Shown here in pieces: positions 53,969-64,000 of a stretch of 64,000 nt of DNA. Both the position numbers and the translations under genes were made by a program. The DNA comes from Nitrospirota bacterium. Lineage in GTDB: Bacteria > Nitrospirota > UBA9217. The stretch's first letter is position 1, and every line of letters begins with the position of its first letter. The notes beneath the pieces were generated by a model. It did no database searches and was not told the origin of the DNA. It was given only the letters and a program-made list of their open reading frames with translations. The stretch spans positions 640,001-704,000 of the forward strand of contig CAWCKW010000012.1 of NCBI GenBank assembly GCA_963796285.1, given 5' to 3'.

Positions 53969-54657
53969 ATGCATCACTTATTGGAAAACATTCAGGCGAT
54001 CATCCAGAACAATCACAGCCTGGCGTTTCTGGCCGTATTTGCGGTGGTCTGATATCGGCGGCCAGTCCCTGCGTGCTTGCCGCCATACCGCTGATTATCG
54101 GATACGTGGGTGGTTATTCCGGAGGCAATAAAAAAAAGGCGGCGATCTATTCACTCGTATTCATTCTCGGTCTCTCGATCACCTTCACGGTCCTTGGCGC
54201 TGCGGCATCGGCCATGGGACAATTCCTTTCTTTCGCGGGTCAGTGGCTGTATATCGGTCTTGCAGTGATCGCCGTAACCATGGGGCTCCAGCTCATGGGT
54301 CTCATCTCGATCCCGCTGCCGTTCCAGAAAACGCGGCAGGTGAAGTCCCGTGGCCTTTGGGGTGCGTTCCTCCTCGGTCTTTTGACCGGCACGGTCTCGT
54401 CTCCCTGCGCCACGCCGGTGCTGGCCGTGATCCTTGCTTACGTTTCCACGCAGGGTGACATCCTGTACGGTGGATCGCTTCTCTTTGCGTATGCCGTGGG
54501 ACATTGCGCGTTGATCTTCATTGCGGGTCTTTCCATCGGGCTGACGGAGAGCATGGTAAGCTCGAAAGGCATTAAGAATTTCTCTCTGTACTCGAAGCGG
54601 TTCAGCGGCGCGTTGCTGATTTTGGCCGGGCTGTATATCGGTATAGTAAACTTTTGA
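53969..54657 (+). CDS. ccdA: CcdA/DsbD-like cytochrome c biogenesis protein; frameshift near 54040
   Basis: SPCVL and SPCATPVL motifs; multi-TM. Confidence 0.85.
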
Positions 54658-54803
54658 GGACGGGAACATGCGACAAAGAAAAATAAGGACCAAGAAACGC
54701 TTTTCAGTGATTTGCCGCTGCTGGTGGAACGGCTGGTAACTCGGTTGAGGTAATGGAGTTCAATGGTCGACGTAAACCCAACTCATCACAACGGAGGTCT
54801 GCC

Positions 54804-55412
54804 ATGAAAGAATTTAATGAGTATTTTGACACTGCAATGAAGTTTCACGGTCACAAGTGCCCGGCTATGCCGATGGGTCTGCGAGCCGGTCTTGCGGCCA
54901 TGAAAACGCTCGGCGTTGAAAGATCTAAGGACAAGGAACTTTTCGTGGAAGCGGAGACGGGCAAAGGACACGCAGCCGGATGTTTCCTGGACGGGCTCAT
55001 GACCGCCACAGGATGCACCTATGGCAAGGCGAACATCCAGAAGCTCTATTACAACAAAATGGCCTTCACGCTCATCGACGCGAAGACCGGGAAAGCGGTC
55101 CGGGTCTCTCTGAAGCCTGACTTCTTCGAGAAGGCCATGAACTCTCCCTTTGTACAGGAGAGGAAGAAGGGCGTACCGCCTCAGGATATCTCCGCAGCAA
55201 TTACGGACCCACTCGTCGATCGGATATTGGGGCTTCCCGAAGCTGATTTCTTGAATATCAGTGACGTGTTCCACAAGGACTTGAAGAAAGGATCTTCGAA
55301 CTTCGAGGTTAAACGCTGCTCGAAATGCGGCGAGGCGGTTTTCACCGACAAACTGACAAAGGCTCCTGACGGTCGGCTTCTTTGCATTCCCTGCGCTGAG
55401 CACGAAAAATAG
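54804..55412 (+). CDS. FmdE family protein with C-terminal zinc finger
   Basis: FHGHKCP, CFLDG, GCTYGK, CSKCGE...CIPC. Confidence 0.88.
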   Translation: MKEFNEYFDTAMKFHGHKCPAMPMGLRAGLAAMKTLGVERSKDKELFVEAETGKGHAAGCFLDGLMTATGCTYGKANIQKLYYNKMAFTLIDAKTGKAVRVSLKPDFFEKAMNSPFVQERKKGVPPQDISAAITDPLVDRILGLPEADFLNISDVFHKDLKKGSSNFEVKRCSKCGEAVFTDKLTKAPDGRLLCIPCAEHEK

Positions 55413-55575
55413 GGAAGCCGGTCGTACTTGTCGCGCAAAAAACAAGTTTTACAGCAGAGGTCGCAGAGAACGGAGATGTTCTCTGTTCTCAGGAGAGGTC
55501 TTTTTTCTCTGCGCTCTTTGCCTTCTTTGAGGTGAGCAGTTCTGCGCGGGTACGGCATGGCAAAAAAGGAGACCT

Positions 55576-56331
55576 ATGATGCTTACCATCAATGCAGCAG
55601 CGGCCGTCCTCGTCTTTGTCTTCACCACCGTTCTCACCATTGCGGGCGTGGGATCGGCGTTCATCGTAATACCCACATTCTACTGGCTTGGCGTACCGCT
55701 GACCGAGGCCATGGCCATCGGCCTGCTATTAAACGCCATCAGCATGACCTTCGCCTCGGCCAACTATATCCGCTACAAACTCGTCCTTTTCCGCACGGCC
55801 ATTCCGATCATCGTTCTTGCCGTCGTTTTTTCTCCCCTGGGAGCGTATTCAACACGGTACTTCCCGAAGAACATTCTGATCCTGCTCTTCGTGATCTTTC
55901 TCGTCTTTGCTGCGTCCATGATGCTTTTCTACAAGCCGAAGAAGAAAACGGAAGGGCAAGGGGATGGTGGGAAAGAACTCAAGACCGGCATCGGCTTGGG
56001 CATCGGCGCGGGGTATCTCGGCGGGCTCTTGGGAGTGGGCGGCGGAAATTTCATTGTCCCGGCTCTCGTGTGGCTTGGTGTTGACCCCAAGAAGGCATCT
56101 GCTACCACGGCTTTCATCGTCGTCTTCTCCTCACTCTCGGGCTTCTTCGGTCATGCTGCTATGGGGTCCGTAAATTGGAACCTGCTGACATTCGCTGCCG
56201 TTGGATCAATCACGGGGGCAATCCTGGGATCATGGCTCATGCATAAGAAGCTCGATGCGAACCAGGTGAAGAAGATCATCGGCATCGTGCTCTACGTGAT
56301 TGCCGCGAAGATGGCGTGGGGCTTGATGTAA
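55576..56331 (+). CDS. Sulfite exporter TauE/SafE family
   Basis: GLLGVGGG; multi-TM. Confidence 0.85.
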   Translation: MMLTINAAAAVLVFVFTTVLTIAGVGSAFIVIPTFYWLGVPLTEAMAIGLLLNAISMTFASANYIRYKLVLFRTAIPIIVLAVVFSPLGAYSTRYFPKNILILLFVIFLVFAASMMLFYKPKKKTEGQGDGGKELKTGIGLGIGAGYLGGLLGVGGGNFIVPALVWLGVDPKKASATTAFIVVFSSLSGFFGHAAMGSVNWNLLTFAAVGSITGAILGSWLMHKKLDANQVKKIIGIVLYVIAAKMAWGLM

Positions 56332-56400
56332 AGCAGCGAAGAATGAGGCTCTGAGGAACATTGTGACAACCTGACTGGTATTAATATTTGAAAGGACAGC

Positions 56401-57305
56401 ATGGACGATAAATCGCAAAATAGACTTTTTCTAAGTCTTCTCGTAACCATCGGCATTCTCATCGCGGAAGTGATCGGCGGCATCATGAGCCACAGCCTTG
56501 CGCTCCTGAGCGACGCGGGGCATGTGCTGACCGACGCCTTCGCGCTCGGCCTGAGCCTCATAGCGCTCCTGATCATGAAACGGCCATCAGACAACCGGGC
56601 GACCTACGGTTATCAGCGTATCGGGCTGATCGCAGCCCTTATCAACGGCGTCAGCCTTGTGGTCATTGCCATATTTATCTTTATTGAGGCGTATAAACGC
56701 TTCAATTCGCCGCCGGAAATCAACACCTCCGTCATGCTTCTCATTGCCTTTGCGGGTCTTCTCGGCAATCTCATCATGGCATGGATTCTCGGACATAAGC
56801 ATGAAGACCTGAACATGAAGAGCGTATGGCTCCATGTGCTCGGTGATACTATATCGTCGGTCGGCGTCATCGTTGCCGGGGTGGTCATAAACTTACGGAA
56901 TGGGTGCTTGCCGACACCATCGCCAGCGCAAACGTCGGCGTTATGATCATCATCGGCGGGACCCGCGTCATCAAGGAAACGCTCTGGATACTTCTCGACC
57001 TCAGTCCGGTCGGTTTTCATGCAGAGGACCTGGCAAAAACAATAGCGGAAATTCCTGAAGTGAAGGCTGTTCATGATGTCCACGTCTGGTCCATCGGGCA
57101 CGGCATCCCCGCATTTTCGGGGCACGTTCAGGTCCCTGACCAGAAGATCAGCGAGACGGATACCATAAGAAAAAAAATAGAACGTCTGCTTGTAGATCAG
57201 GGAATAAAACATGCCGTGATACAAATGGAATGCGCGGACTGCTGCAACAATGATCTCTATTGCAATGTGAACGCAGAAAACGGCCTGGCAGATCATCTGC
57301 ATTAG
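56401..57305 (+). CDS. CDF family Co/Zn/Cd efflux transporter (CzcD-like); frameshift near 56895
   Basis: SLALLSDAGH, LHVLGD, VHDVHVW, HAVIQME. Confidence 0.88.
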
Positions 57306-57333
57306 TATAAATGAGCACAAAGCGGGGTCCGTC

Positions 57334-57534
57334 ATGCAAATAGAATTTGAGCCCATAGGTTTCGTGAAAACTGATGTCGGGAAGGTCCCGAGGCACTGGT
57401 CCGTTTCCGACGCGGAAGGAGCTCTAATTATCAACGAAGAGTATGCCGCAGGGCTTAAGGACGTCAGGGCCGGACAGCGCATTATCGTCTTTGACACTGA
57501 AAAAATAAACCAAACACGTCGGTATATGTCATAA
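57334..57534 (+). pseudogene. Truncated TrmO/TsaA-like SAM-binding protein
   Basis: PIGFV...G.L.I..EY..GL.D N-terminus; the rest is missing. Confidence 0.55.
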
Positions 57535-57712
57535 TCTTTGTATTAAGTTATGAAGAGAGTAACGCGATGATCGATGATATGGACGGCTCATGAAGTTCAT
57601 AGGCCAAAAGATCGCGGAGGAGATCGAGCTCACACCCTCGTGCGACTATTGCGGCTTGCAGGTGGCAGGGTGTCTGGTAATTGGAGTGTTCGAAACCCTC
57701 AGGAGGTGATCC

Positions 57713-58611
57713 ATGAAGCTCTTACTTGCCACAGACGGTTCGGAATATTCTGATGGCGCGGCGCGTTTTCTGGCGCTGTTCGATTTATCGAAAACCGACG
57801 AGCTTGTGGTGCTGCACGTTATTCCCGGCGTGCCATTTCCCCACAGCGGTGGGCCTTACAACGCGGATTTGATGCTGCTCGGCGAGGAACTTGCGCCCAG
57901 GATTATTGATGCTACCACCGGACTTATGAAAGGCCTCCGGGCCAACGTGTCCACCGTAGTGACCACCGGCCATCCCGCAGAGGCCATCATCGACGTGGCC
58001 GCGCAATCCGATTCCGATATGATTGTTATGGGCAATCGGGGAATGAAGGTGATCGGCTCCCTGCTCTTGCGAGCTAACGCGGGCCGTGGCGATCAACTAT
58101 CCGCGATCCGTTCTGGTCGTCAAGCCGCCCCAGGGGAACCGGACGGCCCGCTCAAGGTGCTCTTTGCCACCGACGGCTCGGACTGCGCCAGGGAAACGGA
58201 GCGTGTCCTTTCCCTGATACCCTTTCATCCCGACACGAGCGTCACGGCTGTGTACGTCTCACTCTTGACGTATATGGACATTCCCGACCGGTTCTGTGCG
58301 GGACTGGACGAACGGTTAAAGAAGATCATGGCAGGGATGAAGGAAGCGGAAACAAAACATGCAGAGAAAGTTCTTGAGCAGGCCCGAGCACGGCTGAATG
58401 ACAAATTCCGCAACGTGGCTGTGCTGATCAGAAATGGAGATCCATCTGAACAGATACTCCAGGCAGCGCGGGAAATCCGGGCGGACTTATTGCTCTCGGA
58501 AGCAGGGGGATGCGCGGCGTCAGCGGCATGCTCGGGAGCGTAGCCCGGAACGTCCTCTCACACGCGGACTGCTCGGTTCTGATCTGCAAGCTCAAGGGAC
58601 AGACAGCTTAA
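57713..58611 (+). CDS. Tandem-domain universal stress protein; frameshifted
   Basis: LLATDGS twice, GHPAEAI, MGNRG, GSVARNVL.HADCSVL. Confidence 0.8.
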
Positions 58612-58699
58612 ACCGGCGGGGGCTGGCTTCTTTCGGCGGCTTTACGGGGATCGATGGACCCGGCCATGGGGTTTAATGCTTTATGTCAGGAGGTGAACA

Positions 58700-58933
58700 A
58701 TGAAGATCGAGGTTTGCGGTTCAGGCTGCAGTAAATGCGCGGAGCTTGAGAAGAGGGCAAAGACAGCAGTCGCGATTGCCGGCATTGATGCCACGGTGGA
58801 GCATGTCTATGATATGGGCAAAATCATTGAGCGAGGCATTTTTATGACGCCGGCGCTCGTCATTGACGGCAAGACCATGGCAAGCGGAAAAATACCGAGC
58901 GTGGAGGAAATCGCTGCTTTGCTGAGGAGGTAG
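58700..58933 (+). CDS. Small thioredoxin-like protein (second copy)
   Basis: GSGCSKC, TPALVIDG. Confidence 0.88.
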   Translation: MKIEVCGSGCSKCAELEKRAKTAVAIAGIDATVEHVYDMGKIIERGIFMTPALVIDGKTMASGKIPSVEEIAALLRR

Positions 58934-58934
58934 C

Positions 58935-59984
58935 ATGGATATCTATGCGATAGTTCCTCGGGTTTCGCCGCTGTTTATGATTATGTGCTTGCGCATACGC
59001 TATTTTGTCTCGTCCCCGCCTTTTTCATTGCCGGGGCAATGGCGGCGCTGATTCCCAAGGATCTGCTGCTGCCCTACCTCGGGAAAGACTCCCCAAAACA
59101 TATTGCGTACCCTCTGTGCGTTGCTTCGGGCCTTTTGCTGGCCGTATGCTCCTGTACGGTCTTACCGCTCTTTGCCGGAATAAAAAAGGGCGGCGCTGGA
59201 ATCGGTCCAGCGATAACATTTCTTTATACCGCGCCGGCAACGAACATCGTGGCCATCCTGTATACCGGCAGCCTCATCGGCTGGGACGTGGCAGCGGCAC
59301 GGATCTTTTTGTCCGTTCTGTTCGCTGTTTCGATCGGCATGATCGTCAGTAAGATGTTTCACGAGGATGAGGCGGCGCAGGCCTCGGATACCTTTGTCAG
59401 AAGCTCAACGAGCCACGACATCAGGCGGTTGGTTTATCTTTTCAGCGCCCTTATCGGCATATTGCTGGTCGGGACGCGGGTGAGCGTACCTTGGATCAAG
59501 TATGTGATCGTGCTCCTTTTGATCGGCATGAGCGCCGCGATCGCAAAAAAATTCTTTAGCAAAGAAGAAATAGAAAGCTGGATGAGAGAAGCGTGGGGTT
59601 TTGCTAAAACAATCGCCCCGCTTCTTCTTGTTGGTGTATTCGTTTCAGGCATGGTCAAGGTCTTATTGCCCCAGGAGTTTGTTACGACCTACATGGGATC
59701 AAATTCCCTGACCGCCCTGATCATCCCCGTTCTTTTCGGTGTGCTCGTGTATTTCCCGACGCTGGTTGAGGTGCCGATGGCAAAGGTCTTTCTCGATCTC
59801 GGCATGGGAAAGGCCCGCTCATGGCCTATCTTCTCGCGGATCCCGTGCTTTCGCTTCCGAGCATCCTGGTTGTCAGCAAGATCATGGGGACCAAACGAAC
59901 GGTTGCGTATGTATGCCTGATCATCGTATTCACAGTCTTCGGTGGAGATCTCTTGGGGCTACTATCGTCTCAACATTGAAATAA
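58935..59984 (+). CDS. ArsP-like permease (second type); frameshifted at both ends
   Basis: CLVPAFFIAG, AVCSCTVLPLFAG, FLYTAPA.N, YFPTLVEVP. Confidence 0.8.
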
Positions 59985-60093
59985 CAAAGCAGGGGTCTTT
60001 CTGTATACCGGATATCACTTCGAACCCGGAAATGATTAACTGTGGCGGAGTTTCTGCCGCTTATTTCGGCGTGCATATCTAAGGGAGGCGACG

Positions 60094-60408
60094 ATGGAAC
60101 CAAACGTGAAATCATGGCACGGCATATCCCGTGAAACGATTGCATGGAACCCGACGGTGGATGAAAAGAAGTGCATCGGCTGCGGCATCTGCGTCACCGG
60201 CTGCGGCAGGAAGGTCTATGGATTCGACTATGAGCGGAAAAAGCCGGTGGTGCTGAGACCGTCCATGCATGGTGGCGTGCGTGACCTGCGCGAATACCTG
60301 CCTGCAGGATGCGATAAGCTTTCCGACGGTGGAGAGCCCAGGGAGCTTCTCGAGAAGGAGAAAGCGCTTGCCGGGCAATGGAGGATTGAAAGAGCAGAGC
60401 AGAAGTGA
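60094..60408 (+). CDS. 4Fe-4S ferredoxin; frameshifted
   Basis: WHGI.R..I.W.P, CIGCGICVTGC; second cluster C..C...CP in an adjacent frame. Confidence 0.75.
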   Translation: MEPNVKSWHGISRETIAWNPTVDEKKCIGCGICVTGCGRKVYGFDYERKKPVVLRPSMHGGVRDLREYLPAGCDKLSDGGEPRELLEKEKALAGQWRIERAEQK

Positions 60409-60693
60409 AGGCGGCGCCGAAACATGATGATACCGTTTTGCAGGCATCGAAATCGGATGCTCGGCTTGCTGCGCTTCTCGATGAGGCCCGCGAGTACGCA
60501 CAGATCTACTCCTAGAAAAACAGAGGCACAAGGGCTGTGAGGGTACTGCAGAACTCAGTACCTTGCGCGAGGAATTTCGGACGCGATCGGGAAATAGTGA
60601 AATACTGCAGGAGAAGTGCTATGCGTGCGATCTCAACGCCGAGGAGTTGATGCTGCGGCGCGTGAACTGACATCCGGAGCGAGCAGGAGGTGA
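60405..60693 (+). pseudogene. Degraded small hypothetical gene, paralog of 63658-63853
   Basis: SD.RL.AL.DEAREYAQ.Y...QRHKGC.G..EL shared with the 63.7 kb copy. Confidence 0.5.
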
Positions 60694-60696
60694 TCC

Positions 60697-61587
60697 ATGA
60701 AGTTATTGCTTGCAACTGACGGTTCTGAACGCTCGGAAGGGGCAACGCGTTTCTGAGCGCAGTTAGATTTATGGCACTGGATCACATAACGGGTGCAGGC
60801 AGTGCAACGCGTTCGCCCTTTGGGGCGCTCCCTTTAGGCCATATGAGCTCGGCGAGGAAATAGCGCCCGCCATCATTAGATGCGACAGCCGGAATTCTGA
60901 AAAACGCTGGGGCGAACATATCCACTGCGGTGACTGAGGCCATCACGCTGACGCCGCTTCTCGCTATGGCAGCGGAGGCAGACCATGATTTGATCGTCAT
61001 GGGGAACAGGGGAATGAAGGCGATAGGGGCACTGCTGCTCGGGAGCGTGACACGGGCCATGGCCGTCGGCTGCTGAAATCCGTTCTGGTCGTCAAACCGC
61101 CCAGGGGAAACCCGGCGGACCGCTCAAGGTACTATGTAGCCACTGACGGTTCGGACTGCGCAGGGAAACGGAGAAACTTCTGGTTTTGATTTCCTTTCCG
61201 GGGAATACGGCCTTGACGGCAATGTACGTCATCGCTGCGACGTATACTGCGATGCCGGACAGGTTCTATCCGGAAATGGACAATCGGATCGAGAAGATCA
61301 TCGCTGGCATGAAAGGGGTAGAATCGAAACATGCTGAGGAGGTCTTGGAGCAGGCCCGAACAGTTCTGAAGGATAAATTCCGTAACGTGGCGACTATGAT
61401 GAAGAGCGGAGACCCATCAGAGCAGATACTCAAGCGGCGAGGGAAACAGGGCGGACATCATCGCGATCGGAAGCAGGGGCATGCGCGGCGTGCGTGGCAT
61501 GCTCGGGAGTGTGGCCGGAACATCCTCGGCAATGCAGACTGTTCGGTGCTTATCTGTAAAGCGAAGCAGCCAGCAGGGAAATATTGA
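60697..61587 (+). pseudogene. Degraded second universal stress protein
   Basis: Same caggaggtgatccatgaag start as 57713; many frame breaks. Confidence 0.7.
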
Positions 61588-61624
61588 ATATCACATTACA
61601 AACCGGCTCAAAGGAGGCAACAAA

Positions 61625-62082
61625 ATGAGAAGAAAAAGCATCATAAGTTTGGTCATCTTAGTATCATTGGTTTTTACCGTATCAACCGCTCTCGCAGGTC
61701 CCTGGAAAGGCTAGCACGGAAGCGGCGGCTGGGGCATGAATGACTACTACCAGAGGAACTATAACCCCGCTACGGTAGAGACGATATCAGGCACGTGGAA
61801 AGCGTGGACAAGGTTACGCCCATGAAGGGTATGTACTCAGGCGTCCATGTCATGCTCAAAACGGACAAGGAGACGATCTCCGTTCAACTCGGTCCAGAAT
61901 GGTCTATCGAAAGACTCGATACGAAGATCGTGAAGGGCGATACAATCGAGGTCAAAGGATCGCGGGTGATGTTCGCGGACAAACCCGCGATCGTCGCCGC
62001 CGAGGTTCACAAGGGCGACAGCACACTCGTGCTGAGAGACGTCTCGGGAATCCCCGCATGGGCCGGGTGGGGGCGGTGGTAG
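61625..62082 (+). pseudogene. Exported OB-fold-like protein interrupted by TAG (61712) and a frameshift
   Basis: Signal peptide, GSGGWG, VQLGP.W, GD.IEV.GS, LRD.SG.PAW. Confidence 0.55.
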
Positions 62083-62267
62083 AGGGACAGGCAGCTCTGC
62101 TCTGAGCCGGGGCAGGGCCGCTTTTGCTACGGAGCGCTTGAGGAGATCACTCAACAAGGACAATGAAATCGTCTGAATATTTCTTATCATAAGAACAGGA
62201 CGCTGCTGTAGCTGCGGTCTTAATAGCTTTTGTCATCCAAACAAGCACGAGATGAAAACCTTGGTAC

Positions 62268-62700
62268 GTTCAACGATGAACTACTTCATACCGAGAAGAT
62301 TCTGGTACGGGCTTTACCTCTACAACATAGTCGGCCGCTTTTTGCGCTCCTGGCCGGCAAGCCCCTGCCGGGAAGAGGCTTCTGGTGGGAATTCTCGTCG
62401 GCCTGGGGTTTATGAGCATAACGACGATGGGGATGGAGTTTGCCTGACGGCCGCTTCAAGAAAGCCACGGCCCCTTCGGCATCGACATCGTCTACTACTT
62501 CCACAAGTATGTCGGCTTGTTATCTGCGGGATCATCGTTGTCCATCCTGCGATCATTTTTCTCACGCACCCGGCTACCATTGCGCTCCTGGAGACCGGTG
62601 ACGACACCGCTGAGCCTAAGGCCGGCATCATCTCGGCGCTGGCCGTCGTTTCCCTGAGCACTGTGACGGTTTTGAGGCGACGGTTCAAACATCAAGTGCG
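62268..62700 (+). pseudogene. Remnant of ferric-reductase-like transmembrane oxidoreductase
   Basis: TGRF..ATAP-FGIDIVYYFHKY and HP motifs across frames. Confidence 0.5.
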
Positions 62701-62976
62701 ATGGCTCGGAGGTAAGACAGGTGCCCCCAAATTTAATAGGTCCGCTCCGAGGACGTACGGGGTTTGGGTAAAAATTTGAATCAAAGATTCTCGCTTGGTC
62801 CCCATGCGGAAATTTAGCCAGGCGACCGAGTCCGAGGGTGAAGCATTTCGGACTGTCTGAGCCCGAAGGGCGAGTTTCCGAAATGTACCGAGGACGACCG
62901 AGCATGGCGTAAAGAATTTTCGCCGGGTATTGCGGACGATGCTCCTTTACACGACACCCTCCTGATACGAAAGGAT

Positions 62977-63241
62977 ATGAACGAGTGCATTCGCGGTCTT
63001 GTGAACGACCTGCCTGAAAATTATCGCGCTGTATTGGTGCTTGGCGATTTGGAGGGTTTCACCAATGCCGAGATCGGCGACGTTCTTGGAATGTCTCTCG
63101 ATACTGTCAAGATACGGCTGCACCGTGCCCGGTTGCAGCTTAAGCAAGGTAATGGACCAGGCGTGCCATCTCTACCATGATAAGCGCGATGAGCTGTCCT
63201 GCGACCGGAAAACGGCGACGCTTGTCTTCAAAAATAGGTAA
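62977..63241 (+). pseudogene. 5'-truncated ECF sigma factor (region 4)
   Basis: LPENYRAVLVL...EIGDVLG.S..TVKIRLHRAR; Cys-containing tail. Confidence 0.7.
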
Positions 63242-63304
63242 GAGGCGGTGTATCCTTTTCCGGCCAACCTCCGTCTAAGAGAGTAAAAGAGGAGGTATCA
63301 CATT

Positions 63305-63565
63305 ATGAAGCTCGACACCCGGATCAAGGAATTAATCGCCGTAGGAGCATCAGTAACAGCCAACTGTAAGCCCTGTCTTTAGGTCACCTTTCTTGGGCAT
63401 GCAAGTAAAGGGGACGAAGATGAGGAAATCGCCGTTGCCGTTGCGGTGGCGAAGGCAGTGAGAAAAGGAGCTGCGGCAAAGATGGACGACTTTGCAGCCG
63501 GACTCGGAGCAGCGGCGGAAACGGCTGAGTGCGGCGCGGGTCAGAGTTGCGGATGCTCTGCCTGA
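63305..63565 (+). pseudogene. Carboxymuconolactone decarboxylase/AhpD-like protein, interrupted
   Basis: KELIAVGASVTANCKPCL then TAG; EEIA.AV..A..VRKGA in a later frame. Confidence 0.7.
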
Positions 63566-63583
63566 GGAAGCTGCTTAGCTTGT

Positions 63584-63616
63584 GTCCGGGCCGGTAGTTG
63601 CCGTGCCGGCCCGGAC
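63584..63616 (+). terminator. GC-rich hairpin after the CMD gene
   Basis: gtccgggccgg...ccggcccggac. Confidence 0.5.
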
Positions 63617-63657
63617 TGGCCGTGATCGGATGTGTTCGAGAGGAAATCAGCGGTACT

Positions 63658-63853
63658 ATGCTTGAAACTATTTTAAATGCATAAATCGGATGGTCGTCTT
63701 ACGGCGCTGGTAGACGAAGCCCGGGAATACGCACAGGTCTATCTTCTCGCGAAGCAGCGGCACAAAGGCTGTAACGGAACAGGCGAACTCATGACCCTAA
63801 AGAGGAATTCAAAGAGTTGTCGACAAGATGATTCTATATTGCAAGAAGAATAA
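63658..63853 (+). pseudogene. Small hypothetical gene, paralog of 60405-60693
   Basis: HKSDGRLTALVDEAREYAQVYLLAKQRHKGCNGTGEL. Confidence 0.5.
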
Positions 63854-64000
63854 TCAACTATCCAGTGATTGCAACTATGATACAGATTCGTTTGCTGACG
63901 CGCTTGTGAAGATAATCGGAAAATGATCGAGCTCATCGAGAGGTGATAGTTACTCTGAGGGGTGAGCACAAGAATATGGTATAAATGAATATCACAGTCA

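Noticed and set aside
61712-63382. In-frame TAG codons (61712, about 63380) as pyrrolysine or stop-codon reassignment
   Set aside because: Both genes carry further frame breaks, lie in a decaying region, and TAG is a normal stop elsewhere (glmS, gatC, panD)

Overview
The window is bacterial chromosomal DNA; gene content suggests a Nitrospirota or Desulfobacterota-like organism (inference). Many single-base indels break even essential genes (glmS, gatA, gatB, pcrA, ftsB), which points to an error-prone assembly rather than real pseudogenes. Housekeeping blocks are lptFG, fadD, a DEAD-box helicase, a GH57 enzyme, a T2SS/pilus-like cluster, glmU-glmS, pcrA, gatC-panD-gatA-gatB, a SurA-like chaperone and an M20 peptidase. 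Accessory parts are a surface-lipoprotein islet with IS4 and RAYT remnants (8-13.6 kb) and an arsenic/metal/redox island from about 45 kb that decays towards the window end. Main signals missed by the ORF track: (i) a wHTH-MNT/HEPN pair with catalytic residues lost in both partners, followed by two Lys/Ala-rich H1-tail-like micro-ORFs (21 and 18 aa), each with its own RBS and hairpin; (ii) two in-frame UGA codons followed by SECIS-like hairpins, one in an unannotated 52-codon membrane microprotein; (iii) a GEMM-I riboswitch upstream of a CBS protein; (iv) a leaderless CxxC...RPP uORF heading the metal island.
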